The notes: generated by a model not told the origin, from the sequence alone. A stretch of DNA of 27,523 nucleotides from Chloroflexota bacterium (GCA_030670425.1 DAOVBS010000001.1:1-27523), one strand, 5' to 3'; positions 17,551 through 26,048 are shown, numbered from the stretch's first letter. Made by a program: numbers and translations.

Positions 17551-17579
17551 TTGACAAGCGCTTCCGTTAGTGTAATCAT
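17551..17579 (+). promoter_or_regulatory. Possible promoter of the fatty-acid synthesis operon
   Basis: Perfect TTGACA (17551-17556). The best 17-nt-spaced -10 is AATCAT, a 4/6 match. Confidence 0.35.
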
Positions 17580-17662
17580 ACTTTCTCATTCTGGCACACG
17601 AAGTTGACGCGCCCACTAGAGTAGGTGGAATCTTCGCGGATATCAATGAAAGTGAAGACGAA

Positions 17663-18043
17663 ATGCCTGTAACTTATGAGGAACTGACTGTGGGTTATGA
17701 GTTCCCCCCGGCCAGTTATGAGCTCAACGCCTCCCTTGTTGCCAAGTACCTAGGAGCTGTGGACAGCGCAGGTGACGATTCTGTTCCTCCTCTAGCGGTA
17801 GCGGCGCGTGCTCTGGCGGCCCTGGCTGAGTGGCTCCACTTGCCAGCCGGTACGATACATGCATCACAGGATTTCGAGTTCTTCAAACTGGTGCCTGTCG
17901 GCGCTACTGTACACTGCCAGGCAAAGGTGGGTCGGAAGTTGACTCGGGGGAGCATGCGCATGCTGGTATTGGAGCTAAGCGTCGCTGACAGTAGCGGACA
18001 GAAAGTGCAATCAGGCAAGGCAACCATAATCTTGCCAGCCTAG
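17663..18043 (+). CDS. MaoC-like hot-dog protein lacking the catalytic motif (HadA-like partner subunit)
   Basis: 126 aa with YEELTVGYEFPP and GTIHASQDFEFFKLVPVG. The D-x4-H hydratase-2 loop is absent. Confidence 0.7.
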   Translation: MPVTYEELTVGYEFPPASYELNASLVAKYLGAVDSAGDDSVPPLAVAARALAALAEWLHLPAGTIHASQDFEFFKLVPVGATVHCQAKVGRKLTRGSMRMLVLELSVADSSGQKVQSGKATIILPA

Positions 18044-18048
18044 AGACA

Positions 18049-18459
18049 ATGATTGAGGACATTCATCAGGGACAGATTCTTCCTCCAGTGGTGAAGCACA
18101 TCACTCAAGAGAAGATCAACCTTTACGCCGAGGCGTCGGGTGACTTCAACCCTATCCACATAGATGAGTCCTTCGCTGTTCAGACTCCCTTGGGTGGCAC
18201 TATCGCCCACGGCATGCTCATTCTGGCATATGTGTCGGATATGATGGCCCGGGCTTTCGGCGCGAGTTGGAATTCTGGTGGCAAGCTCTCTGTGCGCTTC
18301 AAAGCGCCAGCACGACCTGGAGATACTGTGACTGTTGCTGGGAAAGTCGAGTCTGTTGAGGACGAAGAAGGCACGTCATGCGCCAGGTGCAGCCTCGAGT
18401 GCCGGAATCAACAGGGCGAGGCGATTGTTGTAGGAGAGGCACGGGTTCGGCTGGAATAA
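18049..18459 (+). CDS. MaoC family (R)-specific dehydratase/hydratase (HadB-like catalytic subunit)
   Basis: Hydratase-2 motif YAEASGDFNPIH (D-x4-H), IAHGML and VRFKAPARPGD. Confidence 0.9.
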   Translation: MIEDIHQGQILPPVVKHITQEKINLYAEASGDFNPIHIDESFAVQTPLGGTIAHGMLILAYVSDMMARAFGASWNSGGKLSVRFKAPARPGDTVTVAGKVESVEDEEGTSCARCSLECRNQQGEAIVVGEARVRLE

Positions 18460-18477
18460 ACCTCCAAAGTAGGGAAG

Positions 18478-19506
18478 ATGGCTCAAGACAGGAAGGTACG
18501 CGTAGCGGTTGATGCTATGGGTGGCGATTACGCTCCTGAGGAGATTGTCAAAGGAGCGGTCCTTGCTGGCCAGAAGGGGGACGTAGAGATAGTGCTGGTT
18601 GGTCAGGTGGACACTATGGAGGAGGAGTTGGCCAAGCATGATAGCTCTGGTTTGCCCATACGGCTTGCCGAAGCCACCGAGGTTATCAGAGAAGGGGAAC
18701 CGCCCGCCTCGGCAGTTCGGCGCAAGCCCAATAGCTCCATAGTCGTAGCTACGAAGCTGGTCAAGTCTGGCGAAGCCGATGCCATAATCAGTGCTGGTCC
18801 CTCAGGCGCGGTTGCTGTTAGCGCGGTCCAGCACCTGGGTATGATCGAAGGAATGGAGCGTCCGGCGATTGGTGGGGGCTTTGGAAGCTTTGCCCCCGGC
18901 ATATTGCTCATGGACCTTGGAGCGAATGTTGATTGCAAGCCGTACCAGCTTGTGGCATTTGCCGTTGCTGGGTCGGTTTATGCCAGGAAGCTCCTAGGTG
19001 TTCCTAATCCCACAGTAGGCTTGCTGAGCACAGGTGCTGAAAAGGGCAAGGGAAACGAGTTAGTCCGTGAAGGCTACCACCTTCTGGAAGACAGCGGGGT
19101 GAATTTCATTGGCAATATTGAAGGCAGCGATATCCTGACTGGGAAGGCCAACGTGATTGTCCTCGACGGATTCGTGGGCAATGTTCTTCTCAAGTTCTAT
19201 GAAAGCATAGGAGACTACGCCCTGGGGTGGATGAGACACAAGCTGAAGAAATATCCCCTCTTGGGCTGGATAGGCAAACTGTTGTTCGATAAGGCTTTGC
19301 CCATAACCAAGCTGTCATACGAGGGTGAGGAGGAAGGTAGTGGGATCCTATGGGGCGTCAACGGTATCGTCAGGGTGGCTCATGGGGCTTGTCGGGCTTC
19401 GCACATAGCGCATGGCATAGCGGGTGCCAAGAAAGCTGTGGAGGCGGATATCATCGGCGCCTTGAAGCCGGAACTGGAGAGATTCAAGAAAGAAGGCAAA
19501 CTGTAA
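18478..19506 (+). CDS. plsX: Phosphate acyltransferase (acyl-ACP:phosphate transacylase)
   Basis: VAVDAMGGDYAP, NSSIVV, ERPAI, DLGANVD, GNIEG, DGFVGN and VAHG. Confidence 0.93.
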   Translation: MAQDRKVRVAVDAMGGDYAPEEIVKGAVLAGQKGDVEIVLVGQVDTMEEELAKHDSSGLPIRLAEATEVIREGEPPASAVRRKPNSSIVVATKLVKSGEADAIISAGPSGAVAVSAVQHLGMIEGMERPAIGGGFGSFAPGILLMDLGANVDCKPYQLVAFAVAGSVYARKLLGVPNPTVGLLSTGAEKGKGNELVREGYHLLEDSGVNFIGNIEGSDILTGKANVIVLDGFVGNVLLKFYESIGDYALGWMRHKLKKYPLLGWIGKLLFDKALPITKLSYEGEEEGSGILWGVNGIVRVAHGACRASHIAHGIAGAKKAVEADIIGALKPELERFKKEGKL

Positions 19507-19517
19507 AGGAGGGACGA

Positions 19518-19763
19518 ATGTCTGTCGAAGAGCAAATAAGAGATATCGTGTCGAGGATTGCGCATATTGACAAAAGCATTATCACCCGGGAGAGCACTTT
19601 CAAGGAGATGAAGGCGGATTCCCTTGACGTAGTTCAAGCACTGGTAGCCGTTGAAGAAGCCTTCGATATCGAGATCCCTGATGAGGAGGCGCAGAAGTTT
19701 CAGAATTTCGGCGATTTCGTCAGCTATGTGGAAAGCCAAACGGCGAAAAAGGATGAGGCTTAG
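19518..19763 (+). CDS. acpP: Acyl carrier protein
   Basis: 81 aa from ATG 19518 (AAGGAGG RBS; the track ORF is over-extended). It carries the phosphopantetheine motif ADSLD and EEAFDIEIPDEEA. Confidence 0.94.
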   Translation: MSVEEQIRDIVSRIAHIDKSIITRESTFKEMKADSLDVVQALVAVEEAFDIEIPDEEAQKFQNFGDFVSYVESQTAKKDEA

Positions 19764-19765
19764 TC

Positions 19766-20542
19766 GTGTCATTCGAAGGGAAGTTGGCCCTGGTAACTGG
19801 GAGTGGGAGGGGAATCGGTCGAGCAACCGCGCTGAAGCTTGCTTCACTGGGCTGTGACATCATTGTGAACTACTTTCGGCGTCGTGAGACGGCCGAGAGC
19901 ACAGCCAAGGATATCCAGGCTCTGGGGGTGCGAGCTGAGGTTATCAAGGCCAATGTGGGCGACCCAGCGAAAATCGATGCGATGTTCGACACAATTGCCA
20001 ACAAGTTCGGCTATCTGGATATCTTCGTCAGCAATGCTGCCTCCGGGGTAGGTCGGCCTATCATGGATGTGGATGTTAAGGCCTGGGATTGGACTATGGA
20101 TATCAATGCCAAGGCGTTCTTGCTCTGCGTCCAGCGAGCGGCCAAGCTGATGGAGGGAAGGGCTGGCACAGTAGTCAGTATCTCCAGCCTGGGTTCTAGG
20201 TTTGTGTGGCCGACCTACGCTGCTGTAGGCGTGTCCAAGGCTGCCTTGGAAGCGTTGACTCGCTACCTGGCAATAGAGATGATTCCTAAAGGAATCCGAG
20301 TCAATGCTGTGTCTGCTTCTGCGGTGAACACCGAGGCACTGCAGTTCTATATTAGAGAGGGCTATGTGAAGGACAGCAAACAGACGACACCAACGGGTAG
20401 GATGGTGACTCCTGAAGACGTAGCCAACGTGGTAGCTTTTCTGTGTAGCGACGAGGCTTTCATGATTCGAGGGCAGACAATTATTGTCGATGGGGGTACC
20501 TCTGTGGCTCCTTTTGTTCCCGGAGGGCAAGAACAGGCATGA
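19766..20542 (+). CDS. fabL: Enoyl-ACP reductase, FabL type (SDR)
   Basis: It follows B. subtilis FabL as I recall it almost segment by segment: ALVTGSGRGIG, KANVGDPAKI, VSNAASGVGRP, WDWTMDINAKA, VSISSLGS and YAAVGVSKAALEALTRYLA (Y-x6-K). Confidence 0.8.
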   Translation: MSFEGKLALVTGSGRGIGRATALKLASLGCDIIVNYFRRRETAESTAKDIQALGVRAEVIKANVGDPAKIDAMFDTIANKFGYLDIFVSNAASGVGRPIMDVDVKAWDWTMDINAKAFLLCVQRAAKLMEGRAGTVVSISSLGSRFVWPTYAAVGVSKAALEALTRYLAIEMIPKGIRVNAVSASAVNTEALQFYIREGYVKDSKQTTPTGRMVTPEDVANVVAFLCSDEAFMIRGQTIIVDGGTSVAPFVPGGQEQA

Positions 20543-21771
20543 AGATACCGAAAGTCGTTGTTACTGGAATGGGCACCGTCAACGCATTGGGATTGAGTGT
20601 CGAGAGGTTCTGGGAAGGGTTGGTTGCCGGGAAATCAGGAATTGGGCCCATTGCTCGTTTTGACGCCAGCAAGTTCTACGTGAAGGTAGACGCTGAGGTA
20701 AAGGGCTTTGATGCCACTGCATACATGGACCCAAAGATAGTGGATAGGAATGCAAGGGCGGTGCATTTTGCCATAGCCGCAGCTAAAGAGGCCATAAGAT
20801 CGGCCGAGTTAGATATGACTCAGGAATGCCCCGAACGAGTGGGAGTTAGTGTTGGCTGTATGGTGGACGTCGACTATATGGTCAAGCAGAATGAAATGCT
20901 TCAGAAACGGGGGCCGAGGAGAGTTGATCCTCTGTTTGTCGCCAAGTCGGGTCCCAGTGCGGCGTCGATGCAGATAGGCATGTACTTGGAGGCCAGAGGC
21001 CCCAACTCCAGCGTCAACAGCTTATGCGCCAGCGGGGCAGACGCTATAGGCACTGCGATGAATTTTATCCGCCTGGGCTACGCAGATGTGATGATAGCTG
21101 GTGGTTCCGACTCCAGCCTGTCCCCGGTTGGCATGGCTGGCTTGGATATATTGGGAGCTCTGACACGGGAGCCGGACCCGGCCAAGGCCTCCCGGCCGTT
21201 TGACCTCAACCGCAGTGGTTTTGTTTTTGGGGAGGGGGCGGGGATTCTTGTTCTGGAGAGCTACGAGCACGCCAGGAAGAGGAATGCATCCATACTTGCT
21301 GAAGTGGCCGGCGCCGGCTGGTCTTTTGACGCTTATGACCAGACTGCCCCTGCCCCTGAAGCAGAGGCGTATGCCATGAAGACGGCGCTGCAGAGTGCTG
21401 ACGTGAAGCCAAAGGACGTTGACTATATCAATGCCCACGGTACCAGCACGCGTCTGAACGACCCCAATGAAACGAAGGCGATCAAGATGGTATTCGGGGA
21501 GCGTGCCTACAGGATTCCGGTGAGCTCCACCAAGTCTATGGTCGGTCATATAGTCACGGCTGCTGGTGCCGTCGAGTGTATCGCGTCCATACTCATCATG
21601 AATAAGAGCATTATCCACCCGACGATAAACTATGAGACCCCTGACCCCGAGTGTGACCTGGACTATGTTCCCAATGTGGCTCGCCAGGCGCGGGTGGATG
21701 TCTGTTTGAGCAATAGCTTTGGGCTTGGCGGCGAGAACTGCTGTCTGGTGCTAAAGAGGTTTGCCAAATGA
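20539..21771 (+). CDS. fabF: Beta-ketoacyl-ACP synthase II
   Basis: VVVTGMG, SLCASG (Cys163, codon 21025-21027), INAHGTST, KSMVGH and NSFGLGG. It overlaps fabL by ATGA. Confidence 0.92.
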   Translation: MKIPKVVVTGMGTVNALGLSVERFWEGLVAGKSGIGPIARFDASKFYVKVDAEVKGFDATAYMDPKIVDRNARAVHFAIAAAKEAIRSAELDMTQECPERVGVSVGCMVDVDYMVKQNEMLQKRGPRRVDPLFVAKSGPSAASMQIGMYLEARGPNSSVNSLCASGADAIGTAMNFIRLGYADVMIAGGSDSSLSPVGMAGLDILGALTREPDPAKASRPFDLNRSGFVFGEGAGILVLESYEHARKRNASILAEVAGAGWSFDAYDQTAPAPEAEAYAMKTALQSADVKPKDVDYINAHGTSTRLNDPNETKAIKMVFGERAYRIPVSSTKSMVGHIVTAAGAVECIASILIMNKSIIHPTINYETPDPECDLDYVPNVARQARVDVCLSNSFGLGGENCCLVLKRFAK

Positions 21772-21823
21772 CAGTCTGGAGCTACTGCACGGCAAGCAGT
21801 TGGGACAGGAATGCGGAGGAGAG

Positions 21824-22573
21824 ATGGGGCTAGAGGGTAGAGTCGCTTTGGTGACCGGTGCCTCCCGGGGTATGGGTAGAGCGATTGCCTTGAAGCTTGC
21901 TGGCCTCGGCTGTAAGATGGCGGTCAACTACGTGGCTATCGATGACCAGAACAGGTTGGATGCTGACAACGTGGTCGAGACGATCATTGGCTTGGGTGGG
22001 GAGGCCTTTCCCGTTGAAGCCGATGTTCGAGATGGTGAGGCGGTTAAGGCTATGGTACAAAGGGTGATCGATAGATGGGACAAGATAGATGTCTTGGTGA
22101 ATAATGCCGGCATCACCAGGGACAACCTGTTGCTGCGGATGTCTGAAGACGCTTGGGATAGTGTGCTGGATGTGAACCTGCGGGGCACTTATCTGTGCAG
22201 CAAATTTGCACTCAAGTCCATGATAAGACAGGGGTGGGGCCGCATCATCAGCGTTGCCTCGATCGCTGGAGTGATCGGTAATGCTGGACAGACCAACTAT
22301 GCCGCCTCCAAGGGGGGGATCATAGCCTTTACCAAGAGCATAGCGAGGGAGGTGGGCTCCCGCGGCATTACCGCAAACGCCGTGGCGCCTGGCTTTATCA
22401 AGACTAGCATGACAGAGGCACTATCTGAGGAGATCAAGAACTCTATTCTGTCCATGACTTCGTTGCGCCGCGCCGGGGAACCGGAAGAGGTAGCCGAGCT
22501 TGTGGCTTTTCTCGCTAGTGATGCAGCCGGGTATATTACCGGGCAGGTCATTGGCATAGACGGGGGAATGTAG
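21824..22573 (+). CDS. fabG: 3-oxoacyl-ACP reductase
   Basis: 249 aa from ATG 21824 (GGAGG RBS) with TGASRGMG, NNAGITRDNL, GQTNYAASKGG and APGFIKT. Confidence 0.94.
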   Translation: MGLEGRVALVTGASRGMGRAIALKLAGLGCKMAVNYVAIDDQNRLDADNVVETIIGLGGEAFPVEADVRDGEAVKAMVQRVIDRWDKIDVLVNNAGITRDNLLLRMSEDAWDSVLDVNLRGTYLCSKFALKSMIRQGWGRIISVASIAGVIGNAGQTNYAASKGGIIAFTKSIAREVGSRGITANAVAPGFIKTSMTEALSEEIKNSILSMTSLRRAGEPEEVAELVAFLASDAAGYITGQVIGIDGGM

Positions 22574-22774
22574 GTTCGGATGGATCGCCGCTCCCCGTTC
22601 AAGACGGAGTGAGAACCATTCTCCGCTGCCGCTAGGTGGTGGAGTCGATACGGGTACCATCAGCGTCTTTCCTGTGTCTCTTGTGAAAGCCACCGTCCCC
22701 CTGTGTACTGTAGCTTCTGCATCTATGTGTGGACGTGATGGGGTCACAGGGTATCACCTGCCTGGGCCAGGCAA

Positions 22775-22803
22775 TTGACTTTGCCGATGGCATCGGCTAG
22801 ATT
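22775..22803 (+). promoter_or_regulatory. Promoter of the mutase operon, with a palindrome in its spacer
   Basis: TTGACT (22775-22780), a 17-nt spacer, then TAGATT (22798-22803). The spacer contains GCCGATG-G-CATCGGC (22783-22797). Confidence 0.7.
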
Positions 22804-22847
22804 ATCGTGCTAGAGGTAGCGACGTAGGGTTGCCAAAGGGGGAGGCT

Positions 22848-24530
22848 ATGTTCACGCAGCGGACATTAGGACAGGTGCGCAAAGGTGGAAACGAGTGGGA
22901 GAGGGAATTGGAGAGGAGTGTTGAACAGAAGCCTGAGAGGATGGAGAGGTTCTCCACGGTCTCCGATGTGGAAGTGAAGAGGATCTACACGCCAGAAGAT
23001 GTCAAGGATACTGATTTCGCCCGTGATATTGGCTACCCCGGCATCTTCCCCTTTACCAGAGGCTGTCAGCCTTCAATGTATCGCGGCAGGGAATGGACCT
23101 TTCGGATGTTCTCGGGAATGGGTAGTGCAGCCGATACTAACAAGAGGTGGCATCTACTACTGGGGCAGGGTGAGACAGGATTAAGCACAGCCTTCGATTT
23201 CCCCACCTTGATGGGCTATGATAGCGATTGCCCCAGGGCGAGAGGGGAGTGCGGTAAGTGTGGGGTGGCAATCGACACTCTGACAGATTTCGAGATCCTG
23301 ACAGACTCAATCCCTCTCGACGGCGTCACTACATCTATGACCATCAATCCTCCGGCACCTGTGCTGTGGGCTATGTACCTGGCTGTCGCTGAAAAGAACG
23401 GGATAGGCTGGGACAAGATCGGGGGCACGATCCAGAATGATATGCTCAAGGAATTCATCGCGCAGAAAACCCTCATGCTTCCCCCGAAACCATCGATAAG
23501 GCTGATCAGCGACACCGTTGAATTCGGGACCAAATATGTCCCTAGGTGGAACACCATCAGTATTAGCGGCTATCACATTCGTGAGGCGGGCTCTTCCGCT
23601 GTGCAGGAGTTGGCTTTCACCTTGGCGGATGGGATAGCGTATGTGCAGGATGTTCTCGAGCGCAAGAAGCTGGATGTTGACTCGTTTGCCCCGCGCCTGT
23701 CGTTCTTCTTTAACTCGCACCTGGATTTCTTCGAGGAGATTGCGAAATTCAGGGCGGCCAGAAGGATGTGGGCCAAGATAATGAGGTACAGGTTCAAGGC
23801 TGAGGATCCCCGGTCCTGGTGGATGAGATTTCACACTCAGACTGCGGGCTGCTCGCTTGTTGCTCAGCAGCCTTACAACAACGTCATCAGGACTACGGCC
23901 GAAGCTCTGGCAGCAGTTATGGGTGGGACACAGTCTCTCCACACCAACTCTCTGGACGAGACCTTGGCTTTGCCCAGCGAGTTCGCGGTCACTATCGCCC
24001 TCCGCACCCAGCAGATTATCGCCGATGAAATAGGCGTTGCCAATACCATAGATCCGATGGCAGGTTCCTATTTTGTGGAGTCCCTGACAAATGAGATAGA
24101 GGAGAGGGCCTGGGAATACATCAACAGGATAGATGACATGGGCGGCATGCTCGCTGCCATTGAGATGGGCTTTCCTCAAAGGGAAATTGCCGACGCAGCT
24201 TACCATTACCAGCAGCAAATTGAGGGCGGTGAGAAGGTTGTGATAGGCGTGAATAAGTACTCTACCGGGGAACAGGTCTATCCCCCGCTACTTCAGATTT
24301 CTGAGGGGTTAGAAGAGGAGCAAATCGCGAGAACGATGGAGGTGAAAAGAACCAGGGACAACCGAAAAGCGATTCAGAGCCTGAACGCCCTTCGTGCCGC
24401 TTGCAAGACGGACAAGAACATGATGCCTTACGTGCTGGAGGCAGTGAAGGCATATGCCACAGAGCAAGAGATCTGTGACGTGTGGAGGGACGTGTTCGGG
24501 GAGTACCGGGAGTCATCTGTTCACCTGTGA
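22848..24530 (+). CDS. icmA: B12-dependent acyl-CoA mutase large subunit, isobutyryl-CoA mutase type
   Basis: 560 aa from ATG 22848 (GGAGG RBS), with an MCM-family TIM barrel and no B12 domain. WTFRMFSG has Phe88 where MCM has Tyr89, EFIAQKT has Gln206 where MCM has Arg207, and AFDFPTLMG resembles ICM. Confidence 0.75.
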   Translation: MFTQRTLGQVRKGGNEWERELERSVEQKPERMERFSTVSDVEVKRIYTPEDVKDTDFARDIGYPGIFPFTRGCQPSMYRGREWTFRMFSGMGSAADTNKRWHLLLGQGETGLSTAFDFPTLMGYDSDCPRARGECGKCGVAIDTLTDFEILTDSIPLDGVTTSMTINPPAPVLWAMYLAVAEKNGIGWDKIGGTIQNDMLKEFIAQKTLMLPPKPSIRLISDTVEFGTKYVPRWNTISISGYHIREAGSSAVQELAFTLADGIAYVQDVLERKKLDVDSFAPRLSFFFNSHLDFFEEIAKFRAARRMWAKIMRYRFKAEDPRSWWMRFHTQTAGCSLVAQQPYNNVIRTTAEALAAVMGGTQSLHTNSLDETLALPSEFAVTIALRTQQIIADEIGVANTIDPMAGSYFVESLTNEIEERAWEYINRIDDMGGMLAAIEMGFPQREIADAAYHYQQQIEGGEKVVIGVNKYSTGEQVYPPLLQISEGLEEEQIARTMEVKRTRDNRKAIQSLNALRAACKTDKNMMPYVLEAVKAYATEQEICDVWRDVFGEYRESSVHL

Positions 24531-24537
24531 GGAGTAG

Positions 24538-24963
24538 ATGACTTCGGGAAGAAAGCTGAGGATCCTTGTTGCCAAACCAGGGCTCGATGGGCATGACAGG
24601 GGTGCCAAGATCTTGGCGCGGGCCTACAGGGATGCCGGATTCGAGGTCATATACAGCGGCTTGCATCAGACGCCAGAGCAAATCGTCCATGTGGCTCTGC
24701 AGGAGGACGTTGACCTGATTGGGTTGAGCTGTCTCTCCGGTGCCCATATGTACTTGTTCCCTCGAGTGATTGAGCTGCTGAAAGAGAACAAAGCAGAGGA
24801 TATAACAGTTATAGGGGGAGGCATCATTCCCGTGGACGATATCCCGAAGCTCAAGAAGGCGGGGATCAAAGAGGTATTCCTGCCGGGTGGCTCTCTCAAG
24901 GACATGGTAGATTGGGCAAAGGCCAATGTGGAGCCCTGCCGCTACGGCGAGAGGAAGGAGTAA
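24538..24963 (+). CDS. icmB: Cobalamin-binding small subunit of the acyl-CoA mutase
   Basis: [11 protein letters not shown] (D-x-H-x-x-G), LSCLSGAH and GGGIIP. Confidence 0.9.
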   Translation: MTSGRKLRILVAKPGLDGHDRGAKILARAYRDAGFEVIYSGLHQTPEQIVHVALQEDVDLIGLSCLSGAHMYLFPRVIELLKENKAEDITVIGGGIIPVDDIPKLKKAGIKEVFLPGGSLKDMVDWAKANVEPCRYGERKE

Positions 24964-24976
24964 GGGAGTCTCACAG

Positions 24977-25930
24977 ATGGGGCTGGCAAAGAGAGTCCTG
25001 CAGGGGGACGTTCGGGCAACGGCAAGGTTGCTGAGAGAAGTAGAGGAGGAGTTGCCCGGCGCTATTGATGAGCTAAAGGTTCTTTATCCTCATACCGGGA
25101 AGGCACACGTTGTTGGCATAACTGGCGCCCCCGGCTCGGGAAAGAGCACTCTGATAGATGTGCTGATCGATGCCTACAGGAAGGAGAACAAGACAGTCGG
25201 AGTCATAGCCATTGATCCGTCCAGTCCCTTCAGTGGTGGGGCCATACTTGGTGACAGGATAAGGATGCAGCGACATGCCACGGACGAGGGTGTCTTCATC
25301 AGAAGCCTGGCCACCAGAGGGTGGCATGGCGGTCTATCCAAGGCTGCGGCCAACGTTATTCACATAATGGACGCGATGGGTAGGGATGTCATATTGGTGG
25401 AGACCGTGGGGGTGGGGCAGGCCGAGGTGGACATCATGAACTTCGCTCACACCTCTTTGGTGGCGCTGGTGCCAGGGACAGGCGACTGGGTGCAGACACT
25501 CAAGGCTGGCATCCTGGAGATAGCCGATATTTTCGTCATAAACAAAGCAGACAAGCAGGGTGTTAATGAGGTGGAGGTCGAGTTGCAGGCCATGCTTCAA
25601 ATGGGCGCCCCTTCCGCTGCTGCCTGGAAACCCAGAATACTCCTGACCGAGGCGATCAATAACAAGGGGATTGATGATCTGATGGAGGTGATTCGCCAGC
25701 ACCGGGAGTCTCTCATTGCCAGCGGAAGATACGAAGCGTATCTCAGGGAGCGGAGTCGACTGGAACTGGTTGAGGTGCTCAAGAGTTCGCTAATGGATCG
25801 CGTGTCTCGGATGGCGACTGAAGACGATTATGTGGAGAAGCTGATAGACGATCTGGCAAGCAGAAGGGTCGATCCCTACTCTGCAGCCTCTGACGTCCTG
25901 AAGAGAATAGTACAGGAAGGCAAGTTCTAG
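24977..25930 (+). CDS. meaB: MeaB/ArgK G-protein metallochaperone of the mutase
   Basis: 317 aa from ATG 24977 with GITGAPGSGKST, IDPSSPFSGGAILGDRIRM, ETVGVGQ, KAGILEIAD and NKAD. Confidence 0.93.
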   Translation: MGLAKRVLQGDVRATARLLREVEEELPGAIDELKVLYPHTGKAHVVGITGAPGSGKSTLIDVLIDAYRKENKTVGVIAIDPSSPFSGGAILGDRIRMQRHATDEGVFIRSLATRGWHGGLSKAAANVIHIMDAMGRDVILVETVGVGQAEVDIMNFAHTSLVALVPGTGDWVQTLKAGILEIADIFVINKADKQGVNEVEVELQAMLQMGAPSAAAWKPRILLTEAINNKGIDDLMEVIRQHRESLIASGRYEAYLRERSRLELVEVLKSSLMDRVSRMATEDDYVEKLIDDLASRRVDPYSAASDVLKRIVQEGKF

Positions 25931-26005
25931 CTGTCTGTGGATGGCTTCCTTAGAGGACATTGAGGCGGAAAAGCGCAAAGGGGTGCTCAATTCTGGGTAG
26001 GACGG

Positions 26006-26014
26006 TGTTATAAT
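26006..26014 (+). promoter_or_regulatory. Extended -10 promoter for the opine dehydrogenase/panB genes
   Basis: TGtTATAAT at 26006-26014, 34 nt before the start codon. There is no good -35. Confidence 0.55.
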
Positions 26015-26048
26015 CTAACTAGAAGGAGCAAGAAGGAAGGCAGCAGAT

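Noticed and set aside
17567-17583. FapR-like operator upstream of the plsX/fab operon (TTAGTGTAATCATACTT)
   Set aside because: The half-sites are imperfect, the spacing is one base off the FapR TTAGTA-N5-TACTAA box, and no fapR gene is nearby.
17392-17646. 84-aa ORF in the PAP2/MaoC intergenic region
   Set aside because: It has no homology cues or RBS and it overlaps two divergent promoters.
22591-22625. Alternative overlapping hairpins after fabG as a terminator or attenuator
   Set aside because: The stems are short (4-5 bp) and have no U-tract.
22681-22762. Fragments resembling a cobalamin riboswitch (GTGAAAGCC, CCCCC-N5-ACTGT, GTCA...ACCTGCC) upstream of the mutase
   Set aside because: The GGGAA and GGGAAG elements are missing, the B12-box spacing is wrong, and the region lies upstream of the predicted promoter. 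An Infernal search with the cobalamin covariance models would settle it.
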